From positions 17,075-81,074 of IMG/VR virus record IMGVR_UViG_3300049740_002954: a DNA stretch of 64,000 bases, one strand, 5' to 3'. Position 1 is the stretch's first letter, and each line of letters opens with the position of its first letter. Below, piece after piece: positions 36,122-45,474 of the stretch. Origin of the DNA: a virus. Both the position numbers and the translations under genes were made by a program. Below the pieces are notes generated by a model. It made no database searches. It was not told the origin of the DNA and saw nothing but the letters and a program-made list of their open reading frames with translations.

Positions 36122-36876
36122 TGTTTAAGTTTTATGTCAGAGTCATTTGTTTGGTCTCCGAACCATTTTTTTGGGCACACTACTTTTTTATTTTTGTTTT
36201 GATTTAGCCATGCGCCCCACCAGCTAAAGCTACTATTTGCTATGATATTATCCTCGCACAGACTCATGTATTTGAGATCTTGTATGTTTGTGTTATTTTC
36301 CATAAATATAGATTTTTTAAAATGTAAATTTTGCTTGCACCAGTTTATGTCGTCTGAGAATATAAATATATTACCTTTGGGCTGAATTATATCAAGTGCT
36401 TTATTATAGTAATCAATCGATTGAACTGGGTGAACATGTTGAGCTTTTAAATAGTCGTCGCGACGAACATGAATTGAGCAAGAGTTTTTAAAATCAAAAT
36501 TTTTTGTTTCGGGCCAAAAAAATGAATTTATTATTTCGTTTTTTGAATCAGAAAAATATTTTTCGCTTTGCCAGTATCCGTCAAGGATATAGTTTTCTTG
36601 CGGGTTGAGCTTTAATTTTTTAAATTTAAAATCATCAATTATTGTGTGAAAATTTTGTGAGCCTAGGCTTTTAATTAATTTATTATCTGCAACTTTTGCT
36701 TTTGTGGATAAAATGTCATTTAATAGGTAATGCCTTTGTGTGGTTTTGATATAATTAAAGTTTTGATCAAAAAAAGACAGATCAAAAAAGACTTCGTGTT
36801 GCTTAGATAGATTTTTACCACAAGCCCACTGAAAGAGTTGATTGCATAGACCTCCTTGTATTTTAAGTAAAATCAT
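36106..36876 (-). CDS. Alpha-1,2-fucosyltransferase (GT11)
   Basis: GGLCNQLFQ, GYWQSEKYF, HVRRDDY, FSDDINWC, NSSFSWWGAWL. Confidence 0.9.
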   Translation of the reverse strand: MILLKIQGGLCNQLFQWACGKNLSKQHEVFFDLSFFDQNFNYIKTTQRHYLLNDILSTKAKVADNKLIKSLGSQNFHTIIDDFKFKKLKLNPQENYILDGYWQSEKYFSDSKNEIINSFFWPETKNFDFKNSCSIHVRRDDYLKAQHVHPVQSIDYYNKALDIIQPKGNIFIFSDDINWCKQNLHFKKSIFMENNTNIQDLKYMSLCEDNIIANSSFSWWGAWLNQNKNKKVVCPKKWFGDQTNDSDIKLKQWKQI

Positions 36877-37486
36877 TTATTTTTCTGTAATTAAAAATTT
36901 TAAAATCTTTACTGTAAATTTCATTTATTATATCTATAGATTTGGGGCTGAGTGCGTGCGTTTTTTTTGGAGAATTCATTTGATGGGGTAGTTCTTGGGT
37001 GATTCCATATTTGATTTGGAATTTTTTAAAATCTTCATGCAACTTTTCGAATCTAATTATCATATATTCCGGTTCATAATAAAGGTGTTGTGGGGAAAGA
37101 TGGCAGCCATCAAGTATAGGTTCGCACTCAAAAAACTTCGGCAGCTTAGAAACAAAGTCTTCGAATGATTCAATGCGAGGTCGATAGGTGCCGCAAGCAT
37201 TAAAAAAATGCTTTATTTTTCCGCAGGAAGTTCCGAAATTATATACAGAAATTAATCTATCATAAGGGTTTCTAATAAACGACACTTTTTCGTAGCTTTC
37301 AAAGTTAGGTATGTTTTCCCTCATGAATTTTACAGTTGCGTGTTGAGCCCATATTCTATCTTTGCGACCAAAGAAAAAATGCGGGTTAAATGCATGAGAA
37401 GAGGTATCATAAAACAGTGATTCTACTGATGTTCCGGCGGTTTTCCCTGGATGAAGTAAGATTATTTTTTTATCCTTAATTATCAT
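36863..37486 (-). CDS. Sulfotransferase (family 2-like)
   Basis: 5'-PSB HPGKTAGTS and 3'-PB RNPYDRLISVY; RFEKLHEDF. Confidence 0.85.
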   Translation of the reverse strand: MIIKDKKIILLHPGKTAGTSVESLFYDTSSHAFNPHFFFGRKDRIWAQHATVKFMRENIPNFESYEKVSFIRNPYDRLISVYNFGTSCGKIKHFFNACGTYRPRIESFEDFVSKLPKFFECEPILDGCHLSPQHLYYEPEYMIIRFEKLHEDFKKFQIKYGITQELPHQMNSPKKTHALSPKSIDIINEIYSKDFKIFNYRKINDFT

Positions 37487-37492
37487 CTGAGG

Positions 37493-38017
37493 TTAAATTT
37501 CATAAGCCACCAAAATATCATTAGGAGCATGCCCATCTTCATAAGTGAGTTCATATTGAGCGTTTATTTCGTAAAGCTTCTTAAAAATATCATCTTTAAA
37601 GAATCCATGTTTTTCGTTAGGCTTTTCCCAGCATCTCATGTCATCTATAATAATGGTGTGATTTTTTATTTGATGGTTTTTTATTACATCTAGTTCTTGT
37701 ATTAAAGGCGCCCAAAAATCCCCTATACCTGTATCTCCACAGGAATAATGTCCATCTAGCCAGAAAGTAGATTTGCAATTTATAGATTTTAATATATCAG
37801 GCAAAACTTTATAGGAATCTCCGAATATTACTTCTACATTTTTATGATTTTGAAATCTTTGACAGCATAAAGAATAATATTTCGGGGATATCTCTATGGA
37901 TATTATTTTGCTAAATCCATATTCAAGCGCTGCAAAAATTCCATCTCCGGTATAAGACCCCGTCTCAATAAATACTTCATTTACGTGGTTTTTAAAAACG
38001 TTTCTTTTGTCCTTCAT
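37493..38017 (-). CDS. Class I SAM-methyltransferase-like protein
   Basis: FIETGSYTGDG, ISIEI, GDS, FWLDGH, IIIDD. Confidence 0.7.
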   Translation of the reverse strand: MKDKRNVFKNHVNEVFIETGSYTGDGIFAALEYGFSKIISIEISPKYYSLCCQRFQNHKNVEVIFGDSYKVLPDILKSINCKSTFWLDGHYSCGDTGIGDFWAPLIQELDVIKNHQIKNHTIIIDDMRCWEKPNEKHGFFKDDIFKKLYEINAQYELTYEDGHAPNDILVAYEI

Positions 38018-38022
38018 AATTT

Positions 38023-38715
38023 TTATTTTCTTATTTCATTATGATCTTTGTCCAAGGCTAAAAGCCTGGGGGTAAAAGGGGGTTTTAAGCTTTCTCCATA
38101 ACAATAACCTGGATCTAATATTCTTGTTGGAGGATTATCAATAAAATATCTATTCATGTGGGATTCGTCGTGCCAAACAGCTATTATATTTTTATTTATG
38201 TCTTTATTAATGTTGTTTGATAGGGTTTCTGACATTTTGATGTACTCTGTAGATTTTCCGCCATTAAACCCTCCTGCAAAATACTGCATATCCTCAAACT
38301 CAAAAACGCATGCTAATGAATTTGGGTCGGTCTCTGGCGTGCCTCGAGTTCCGCAATATCCTGGGTGCTGAGTTGCAACTCTATCGCTTAATATTTCGGG
38401 CCCAACAATATCACAAAATTTCATATCTGCATCGCAGTAAAACAAATAATCATAGTTTAATAACTTTTCTTTTTTTGATTGAAAAATTTGATACCTGCCT
38501 AGCGTCATCCATGGCCAAGGTTTATGATTGACCCTAATAATATTGATTTTTCGATCGGACTTGAGCGTTAGGTCATGATGATCTGTGAATAGAATATATT
38601 CTACATTAAATTTTGTGAGAAAAAATTTATCTGCGCTTTCTATTAGTTGAGTTGCAAAGTCAATATATTTATTTGTTGCAATAATTAGAAGAGCTATTGA
38701 TTTACTAGCATCCAT
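38023..38715 (-). CDS. Family 6 glycosyltransferase (alpha-1,3-GalNAc/Gal transferase)
   Basis: IATNKY, WPWMTLGRY, CDAD (DXD), FAGGFNGG, WHDESHMNRY. Confidence 0.9.
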   Translation of the reverse strand: MDASKSIALLIIATNKYIDFATQLIESADKFFLTKFNVEYILFTDHHDLTLKSDRKINIIRVNHKPWPWMTLGRYQIFQSKKEKLLNYDYLFYCDADMKFCDIVGPEILSDRVATQHPGYCGTRGTPETDPNSLACVFEFEDMQYFAGGFNGGKSTEYIKMSETLSNNINKDINKNIIAVWHDESHMNRYFIDNPPTRILDPGYCYGESLKPPFTPRLLALDKDHNEIRK

Positions 38716-39355
38716 ATTTAACCATTCTTCCTTCTATATCACTGTAATCTTCGGCTTGGATTCCGCATCTTTTAAGTAAATACCATTTATTTTGCAGCGT
38801 CTGAAACCGCTTCCAGGTTTGATCAATTGCGTAATCCAAGGGGTCGCCTCCTAATTGAAGTTTATTAATAGAGTTTTGTATGTGAGGTTGAATCGTATCG
38901 CAAAAATCAATTTTAATTAAGTAAGCAGAGGTTGTTTGCACTTTGTTAGAAAAAAGAATTATTTCCGAGTCGTCTAAAGGTTTAGCTTTTACAACATCAC
39001 CGACCGAATCGTTGTAGGAGAGTTGGCATATATTAAAATCTGAAAAATGAGCATAAAGATATTCCAGTCTTTTGTAGAAACTAGATGAAGATATAATCGG
39101 TATAAAATCATCTTCCATAATTAAAACTGTTGAATATTTTTTTAATTTACAAATTCTATAGATGTCTAAGTGAGATTGAGCGCAACCAATAGCTCTTAAG
39201 CCTGCGCTATCAAAATCAGAGGTATCTACGGCGTTAAATCTCGTAACCATAGATCGTTCAATGTTTAGAAAAGGTATAACATTTTCGATAAAATGTCTAT
39301 TCCTGTCTTTTCTCTTTTCTAAATTAATATAAAAGCAATGATCGAAATATTTCAT
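38705..39355 (-). CDS. Glycosyltransferase GT25-like
   Basis: YINLEKRKDR, RFNAVD, GCAQSH, IMEDD, TTSAY. Confidence 0.85.
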   Translation of the reverse strand: MKYFDHCFYINLEKRKDRNRHFIENVIPFLNIERSMVTRFNAVDTSDFDSAGLRAIGCAQSHLDIYRICKLKKYSTVLIMEDDFIPIISSSSFYKRLEYLYAHFSDFNICQLSYNDSVGDVVKAKPLDDSEIILFSNKVQTTSAYLIKIDFCDTIQPHIQNSINKLQLGGDPLDYAIDQTWKRFQTLQNKWYLLKRCGIQAEDYSDIEGRMVKYGC

Positions 39356-40005
39356 ATTAAAGCACTAGCTACCGCCATATCTTCGCATCCTCCCATAAGG
39401 TTTTTAAAATCCAGAAAAAGATTTTTTTGCTTTAAGATTTTATCAATTGACTTTTTTCCAAGACAATAACATCCTCCCGCCCAGTAATTCATTGGCCATT
39501 TGTTGGCGCCGAGCTTAGATAACAAGCTCTCTGGCATTACCGAAAGTTTTTTGCTATTAGCCCAGCTTTTAAATTGTTTGACAGTATTTCCCATAATTGG
39601 AGTTAGTCCATTGTATTCTCCTATAACTCCAGTATTATAATATTTATGTATAAAGTATTCAAAAGAAAAAAGATGGCTGGTTTTATTGTGTCTATTTTCG
39701 ATAATGTTAGAGTCAATTTTTAAAAGATAATCAAAATCAAAAAGCTCCCTGCAGGCTTCAAGCATTTTGTAAGTTTTCATGCATAAGTTATTATAAGATT
39801 CTTGCGTATTTAGTTTTAGGCAATTACCTTGTAATATGTATTTTTTATTTATTAACGGGTCTGCAAATATATTTAATATTCTATTATTAGAATTGATTGA
39901 AACATCTTTATACCAGTTTGTGTCTTTTAATTTATTTAATGAATCAATATCTTTTTCGCAGGTATATATGCAAATTAATATTTTATTTGTGGATAAAGTA
40001 GACAT
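39352..40005 (-). CDS. Glycosyltransferase GT31 (galactosyltransferase)-like
   Basis: ESYNNLCMKT, FDYLLKIDS, AGGCYCL, CEDMAV; start set at ATG 40005. Confidence 0.65.
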   Translation of the reverse strand: MSTLSTNKILICIYTCEKDIDSLNKLKDTNWYKDVSINSNNRILNIFADPLINKKYILQGNCLKLNTQESYNNLCMKTYKMLEACRELFDFDYLLKIDSNIIENRHNKTSHLFSFEYFIHKYYNTGVIGEYNGLTPIMGNTVKQFKSWANSKKLSVMPESLLSKLGANKWPMNYWAGGCYCLGKKSIDKILKQKNLFLDFKNLMGGCEDMAVASALI

Positions 40006-40762
40006 CTTTTCTGTCGTTTTGATATTTTTTAAATTCGCTGCATACCGGTTCTCCAATAATAAAATTATAATCCCTTAACAAATATCGAAATGCATATTGT
40101 CCGCAAAACATGTCTGCAGTATCAAACTCTGGGCTACCTATACTTTTTCTGAAAGAATTATATATTTCTAGGAAATTTAAAACTTTATTGCGTTTACCCC
40201 CAACAACCCCCATGTTTATGAGATCTAGATTATTTTGATTCAGCAAGAACCAAACTTTATCATTTAGTTCGAAGTGATTATGAAAAGACATATATGGGAA
40301 GTCGCATAACTTAATAGAATCTTTGCATAGGAAAAGATCTATATCTTTATAGTCTTCAATTAATTTTGAGGGGTTTTGTACAACTTTTACGTCTGAGCAA
40401 TCTGTTAGAAATACATTTTCGTATGAAGTGTTATTTTCAAGATATTCTTCATAGCACATCCATCGGTAGTCTAAGTTTGACCAATTGGATCGCTTTACTT
40501 TTACAAAATTAATTTGATCAGTAGAATATTCATTTATAAAATCTTTAGATAGCTGATCGTAAAAGATTACCCCTTTGCTACTCGACCTTAAAATTGAATG
40601 GTACCATGTTTTTATATAATCAAAACTATTTTGATCAACAAAGCCGTTTTCGTTCCTCCCAATAACATGTAAGTCCTGTTCGGAGTTTGGGTGCTTTTTG
40701 GAGCTAAAGTAAGATGTTAATACTAGTGTTTCCACAATAACATTTCTGCCATTTTCTCGCAC
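39983..40762 (-). CDS. Putative glycosyltransferase (GT-A-like)
   Basis: DYRW, VFLTDCSDV..VQNP, INMGVVGG; inside glycan cluster; start uncertain. Confidence 0.6.
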   Translation of the reverse strand: MRENGRNVIVETLVLTSYFSSKKHPNSEQDLHVIGRNENGFVDQNSFDYIKTWYHSILRSSSKGVIFYDQLSKDFINEYSTDQINFVKVKRSNWSNLDYRWMCYEEYLENNTSYENVFLTDCSDVKVVQNPSKLIEDYKDIDLFLCKDSIKLCDFPYMSFHNHFELNDKVWFLLNQNNLDLINMGVVGGKRNKVLNFLEIYNSFRKSIGSPEFDTADMFCGQYAFRYLLRDYNFIIGEPVCSEFKKYQNDRKDVYFIHK

Positions 40763-41115
40763 ATTGGTAGGGGCAAGCAGTTTTTTTCAATTTTAAAATA
40801 CCCCCACTCAGTATGCTCAAAAGCATCTTTCGCCTCTGGTTCTGGAAAGAGCAAGTCTTGCATATCTATTTTAAAGGCGTAAAAATTAGAACTTTGATTA
40901 ATCGAAAATTCACCAAGAAAATCAAGAGGTTGACTTAATGCTAGATTTGTCTCTTCATAAACCTCTCTGATCGCTGCTTTCTCAGCCGATTCTCCCCTCT
41001 CTATAATTCCGCAAGGAATACTCCAAAAGCCTTGAAAAGTTTCAAGTTTATAAGATCTTTTTCCCAGTAAACCCATGTTTCCAAACTTAATTAAAACTCC
41101 AGCAGCATGCTTCAT
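40723..41115 (-). CDS. NUDIX hydrolase
   Basis: Nudix box GIIERGESAEKAAIREVYEETNL. Confidence 0.9.
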   Translation of the reverse strand: MKHAAGVLIKFGNMGLLGKRSYKLETFQGFWSIPCGIIERGESAEKAAIREVYEETNLALSQPLDFLGEFSINQSSNFYAFKIDMQDLLFPEPEAKDAFEHTEWGYFKIEKNCLPLPMCEKMAEMLLWKH

Positions 41116-41116
41116 G

Positions 41117-42193
41117 TTAATTTAAAAAATCATCAATTTTTTCGCGAGTATTCCAGTGTGGGCAGCCTTCATAGTCTAACTTAATTATCTCATCACCTTC
41201 TTCAGGTTCAAGTTCGTGTTTGCAGTCAATAAAAGCGGTTTTTTTAATATTTCCTTCTGAATCTTTTAATGCGTAATACTCCATAGGTTTTCTATATGGA
41301 CAAATAAATGCTTTAATGGGTTGGCCATTTTTATCTAAAACGGGTTGACCTTTTGAAACCTTGTACCCATCTTTTCCGCAAGCAAGAGGCCCTCCAAAGG
41401 TTCCGTCTTTGGGGAAATCTTGTTTTGCTGCAAAATTACTTTTAGCCGAATTTTCATCAAAATTATCTAAATAATTTTGAAACTGCGTTAATTGGTACTC
41501 AAAACCCTCCAACTCTTCGGGTGTAATTTTATCCATTCGCAAATAGCCTTTTCCGTAGTTGCCCAGTAAATCTTTATCTAAATCAAATCTTAGAAACAAA
41601 AATTCACTCTGCGGGCTAGTTTCAGGCATCAAGTGTTTAACTGCTAATGAGTATATTAAATTTTGCAAATTATCGGTTATTTCTTTTCCCTTAAAAACAG
41701 ATTTACTACTTTTGAAATCTCTAATAATTACAGAGTTATCCTTGTATACAAAAAGTTTATCTATGTATCCTCTGATTGCATACCTTATGCCTTGTTCTTT
41801 TTTTTCTATTTCTAAATCAAAAAATTGCTCTGATTCTGACTTGATTGGTTTTTCTTCGCTATCACCAAAAAAATCGCACCTCAGTCCGTTTACGATCATC
41901 TCGTCAATCAACTCAAGGTTTTCGGAATCATTAACCGAAAGCTCTTCAGCTTCTTTTTTGACTTGAGCTGAAACAATTTCTGTATTCCATATTGTCCCCT
42001 CCTTGATTATTTTATTAAACTCTCTTTTATGCTTTGTTCCTAGTAATTCAAATACATTGTGACAAATAGTTCCTCTGCTTGAGCCGTCGTTTCCTGAATC
42101 GGGCAGTTTTAGTTTGTAGTTGCACCAATATGTCCAGCTGCAAGTTTGCGCAGTTTTTATTCTGCTTGCAGACAACTTTGTCATTTCATTCAT
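41117..42193 (-). CDS. PD-(D/E)XK RecB/Cas4-like exonuclease
   Basis: LSASRI..C, RGTICHNVFE, RGYIDKL, IRDFKS, QNLIY. Confidence 0.85.
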   Translation of the reverse strand: MNEMTKLSASRIKTAQTCSWTYWCNYKLKLPDSGNDGSSRGTICHNVFELLGTKHKREFNKIIKEGTIWNTEIVSAQVKKEAEELSVNDSENLELIDEMIVNGLRCDFFGDSEEKPIKSESEQFFDLEIEKKEQGIRYAIRGYIDKLFVYKDNSVIIRDFKSSKSVFKGKEITDNLQNLIYSLAVKHLMPETSPQSEFLFLRFDLDKDLLGNYGKGYLRMDKITPEELEGFEYQLTQFQNYLDNFDENSAKSNFAAKQDFPKDGTFGGPLACGKDGYKVSKGQPVLDKNGQPIKAFICPYRKPMEYYALKDSEGNIKKTAFIDCKHELEPEEGDEIIKLDYEGCPHWNTREKIDDFLN

Positions 42194-43226
42194 TGGTTAT
42201 AAGTTTTCTATTTTTTAATAAATTTTTGGGCAACGATTTATGTATCTGATTTATTTTTTCTAATATAAAAGTTCTTTGCTTTTGTTTGTTGGTAGATGAT
42301 AATTTATTCTGCCATGTTTTAAAGTCTTCCGCGGACATTTCTCCGAAATCTTTTTTTATTGGCAGGCATATAGAAATTTGATCTGGACTATAAAAATTTA
42401 GTAATTTTAAATAATTTTTGATGCTTGCATTGAGGCCTCTGTTTTCGGGAGAATTTAAATCATTATTTAACGAAAGCACTATCTCGTCAACGTTTAGCGA
42501 AAGTGGCAAGCAGACAAGCTTAGAAGATATATCTAAACCAAAAGTAACTAAAACGTTATTGAATCCATTTTGGTTTAAGTTGAGCATATCTCCTATACTC
42601 TCTACAAAAATGATTGTTTTTGTTTCCGCTATAGATTTAAAAACTTCTTGGTTTGAATAAAGAGGGTAAACCCAGTCTTTTTTTCTTCCTATATGTTTCC
42701 ACTTTGGGCGCCCGCCTATGCTGGTCATATCTCTGCCTGAAAAACCATGGATTTGTTTGTGTTCGTTGTGAATAGGGAAAACGAATCTTTTATTTAATTT
42801 ACCTGCAGTTGCGAAACCTCCTTTTAGTGAAACTAAAATTTCTTTAGAGATACCTTTGTCAGTGTAAAATTTGTAGTGGGGTAAAAGTTTTGATAGATCT
42901 TCTTCTTTATATATTTCTTCCATTTCTATTTTCTCCTGATTGTACGATTGTCTTACATAGCAGTCTCCAGTATGCTCTTCAGATATATAACCTTTTAAGA
43001 TTTTTGGGTCATTGGTTCCTAATGTAATTTCTATTAATCTTTTAAATGGGGAAAATTTATTATTCTCAACATGATCTTTCCAGACGCCTGAATCTTTATA
43101 GATTTGAATTGCTGTTCTATTGTCCCCATTTCTAAAAATAGCATTAGTCTGCCAATAAGATCCTCTATCGGATAGTTTATAACCTAGACTAATTAATGAT
43201 TCTTTGATTTTTTCTTGTGAGATCAT
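42186..43226 (-). CDS. dnaG: DNA primase (DnaG-like, Toprim)
   Basis: RFVFPIHN...GFSGR, PKWKH, FVESIGD, LNND; adjacent to dnaB. Confidence 0.75.
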   Translation of the reverse strand: MISQEKIKESLISLGYKLSDRGSYWQTNAIFRNGDNRTAIQIYKDSGVWKDHVENNKFSPFKRLIEITLGTNDPKILKGYISEEHTGDCYVRQSYNQEKIEMEEIYKEEDLSKLLPHYKFYTDKGISKEILVSLKGGFATAGKLNKRFVFPIHNEHKQIHGFSGRDMTSIGGRPKWKHIGRKKDWVYPLYSNQEVFKSIAETKTIIFVESIGDMLNLNQNGFNNVLVTFGLDISSKLVCLPLSLNVDEIVLSLNNDLNSPENRGLNASIKNYLKLLNFYSPDQISICLPIKKDFGEMSAEDFKTWQNKLSSTNKQKQRTFILEKINQIHKSLPKNLLKNRKLITNE

Positions 43227-44737
43227 ATATTTGGAACTTCATCTAAAAAACTTTCTACAGCTTCAACTCCCTCAGAGTCAATATGATCTACTAGATCTTG
43301 CAGGTCACCTCTTTCTTCTAGGCTGAAATTTTCCATATGAAGATTGATATAGTTTTTTCTTTTTGATCCATCTGGCATTTCAACTGGCTGCAATGCCCTG
43401 TGAACGTCTTTACCTAGCCATCTATATTTTAGGCATATAAGTTTGTGGGTTCCAAAACCCTCTGGTTCAGACTGTATTTCGTCCATTGTTTTTTGCCGCA
43501 AAAGAAATAAGTGCGAGCAGAATTGGGTGATTTGGTCTGACAGAGACACAATACTCTCATCATCTACTATGTTTTCTGAGTTCCTGTTATTTGTAATTCC
43601 TAAACGATTACTTTGAACACTTGTGAGCATAGCAACACATGGATTATCGTTGAAGCATAGTTCTTTTTGAATAAGCTGTTTGAATTTATCAACCATTCTA
43701 CCCACCGTTTCCCAGCTACTTGCTCCATTCTGTCTTTCGTATGTAGTTTTTATATAATCAAAACTAAAGATCATCTTATTTCCTCGTCCAATTTCTGAGA
43801 AATAAAACCTTCGAATTATATTTAACATGCTATCAATACTATGGCCTGCAACATTGTAATAGTAGAATTTTAAATTTTTAATTTTGTTCCAGGTTGACCT
43901 TACGCTTTGAACAACTTCTTCTCCTGCCTGACGCCATCTCCCTGTCTCTAGGAGGTGCATTGGGACTCTTGATATGGCCGAGCATTGTCTGATTATTAAT
44001 TCTTCTTTGCTCATCTCTCCATTATCAAAATGAAGGACAGGAACGTTATCGTTTTGACTTGAGACTTTAGTGCAAAAATCCATACAAAATTGTGTTTTCC
44101 CAACTCCAGCTCTGGCAACAACTACTGTAATGTTTCCAGGTCTTAATAGTGACCCATAAAGCTCGTTAACTCTTTGATGTGGGCCCATGAGACCAAATTC
44201 ATCTATAGGGTTATTCCCTCTTTCTTCTATAAAGTCTTCCATTTCTTCAAATAGATTTTTCGGCATATCTGACCCAATCTCATATAAGTTAATTTTTGAG
44301 TTATGAATTTTATCCGCTTCAGAAACTATGTTGTCGAAAGAAGCGCTTGATGGCATGCTTTTCATAGTTTTCGCAACCTCTAACGAGCTATTGTGAATCT
44401 CTCTTCTTACTGTTAGTTTTTTAAGTTCTTTTGCAGATTTTATAACTCCGTCTTGAGATATCTGTCTTAGTGATAAAGCCTTAATATAATCAGATATATT
44501 TATATTATCTTCAAACGATATGTTTAATGATTTTACTTCTTGAGCCAATAACACTTCATCAAGCGACTCTTTTTTCTCTAAAGACTGGCGTAGTACGCAA
44601 AAAATTGTTTTATTTACGCTAGAGTTTTCACTAAAAAAATCATCTTCATTAATAAAAGATGCGATTAACGGATAAGCGTCTGGATGCTTAATTAAGCCTG
44701 CTAGCAGGTGCTGTTCTATTTCGTATGAGAATACCAT
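43223..44737 (-). CDS. dnaB: Replicative helicase DnaB
   Basis: N-terminal IEQHLLAGLI, Walker A ARAGVGKT, NGEM, FDYIK, SVQSNR, KYR. Confidence 0.85.
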   Translation of the reverse strand: MVFSYEIEQHLLAGLIKHPDAYPLIASFINEDDFFSENSSVNKTIFCVLRQSLEKKESLDEVLLAQEVKSLNISFEDNINISDYIKALSLRQISQDGVIKSAKELKKLTVRREIHNSSLEVAKTMKSMPSSASFDNIVSEADKIHNSKINLYEIGSDMPKNLFEEMEDFIEERGNNPIDEFGLMGPHQRVNELYGSLLRPGNITVVVARAGVGKTQFCMDFCTKVSSQNDNVPVLHFDNGEMSKEELIIRQCSAISRVPMHLLETGRWRQAGEEVVQSVRSTWNKIKNLKFYYYNVAGHSIDSMLNIIRRFYFSEIGRGNKMIFSFDYIKTTYERQNGASSWETVGRMVDKFKQLIQKELCFNDNPCVAMLTSVQSNRLGITNNRNSENIVDDESIVSLSDQITQFCSHLFLLRQKTMDEIQSEPEGFGTHKLICLKYRWLGKDVHRALQPVEMPDGSKRKNYINLHMENFSLEERGDLQDLVDHIDSEGVEAVESFLDEVPNI

Positions 44738-44743
44738 AGCAAC

Positions 44744-44772
44744 ATGGTATCAAAAAAGCCTGTTTATGTCAA
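44744..44772 (-). promoter_or_regulatory. sigma70-type promoter for the dnaB operon
   Basis: TTGACA-17 nt-TACCAT, -10 element ending 7 nt before the ATG at 44737. Confidence 0.7.
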
Positions 44773-45044
44773 GAAGTTTCTTCGTCTCCAGGATCTTTTG
44801 GGAAATTTAATTCTATTTCTTGTGCAGAAAGTTGTTCAATGTATTGCTGCATCGCCTGCCTTAAGCCAAGCTCTACAATAGATGATCCTGTTTTTGTTAT
44901 TATCGAAGGAGTGCCTTGTTGGTTTACGTAGGCTAATATAAAACCGCTATCTCCTCCGTTAGATCCGGAGAATTCAAATAATTGAGATAATATACTTTGC
45001 GGTATTTCGAATTCACTTAGATTATCGGGATCAATATTACTCAT
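44769..45044 (-). CDS. Hypothetical protein
   Basis: 91 aa ORF with GTGTA motif upstream. Confidence 0.6.
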   Translation of the reverse strand: MSNIDPDNLSEFEIPQSILSQLFEFSGSNGGDSGFILAYVNQQGTPSIITKTGSSIVELGLRQAMQQYIEQLSAQEIELNFPKDPGDEETS

Positions 45045-45063
45045 ATAATATTATTTACACTAA

Positions 45064-45474
45064 TTATAGCGTAACTCCAAAATTTTTAAATAGTTTTTCT
45101 TCTAAAATATCACCGTCATATATTTCTACTAACTCAATATCATTCAATTCGCAAAATTTTAATTTATCGTTATCTCTCTTTAATTGATTAATGTAATTGA
45201 TTTTATTTTTGCCGTGAAAAAAAGGTACATATTTTGTGTGCTGTTTGCCTTGAACTTCTACCGCTATTTTTTTATTTGCGTTATAAAAATCTAAAGAAAG
45301 CTTGGTTCCTGCAACCGGAAACTCTTCAAACACTATATGGTTTTGCCAGTATCTTTTTAAGAATTGTTTTGCTTCAAATTGAATTTTACTTCTGCTTGGT
45401 GCGTCCCAATCTATTAAATAATTTTTAGCTTTTTTTACTGTTCTTTTTGCTCCGAATAAAGTTTTAAATCGCAT
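45064..45474 (-). CDS. Vsr/DUF559-like endonuclease
   Basis: EEFPV..LSLDFY..IAVEVQGKQH..QLKRDNDKLKFC. Confidence 0.8.
   Translation of the reverse strand: MRFKTLFGAKRTVKKAKNYLIDWDAPSRSKIQFEAKQFLKRYWQNHIVFEEFPVAGTKLSLDFYNANKKIAVEVQGKQHTKYVPFFHGKNKINYINQLKRDNDKLKFCELNDIELVEIYDGDILEEKLFKNFGVTL

Noticed and set aside
41117-42193. Cas4 as evidence of a CRISPR-Cas system
   Set aside because: Solo RecB-family nuclease beside primase and helicase; no cas1, cas2 or array.
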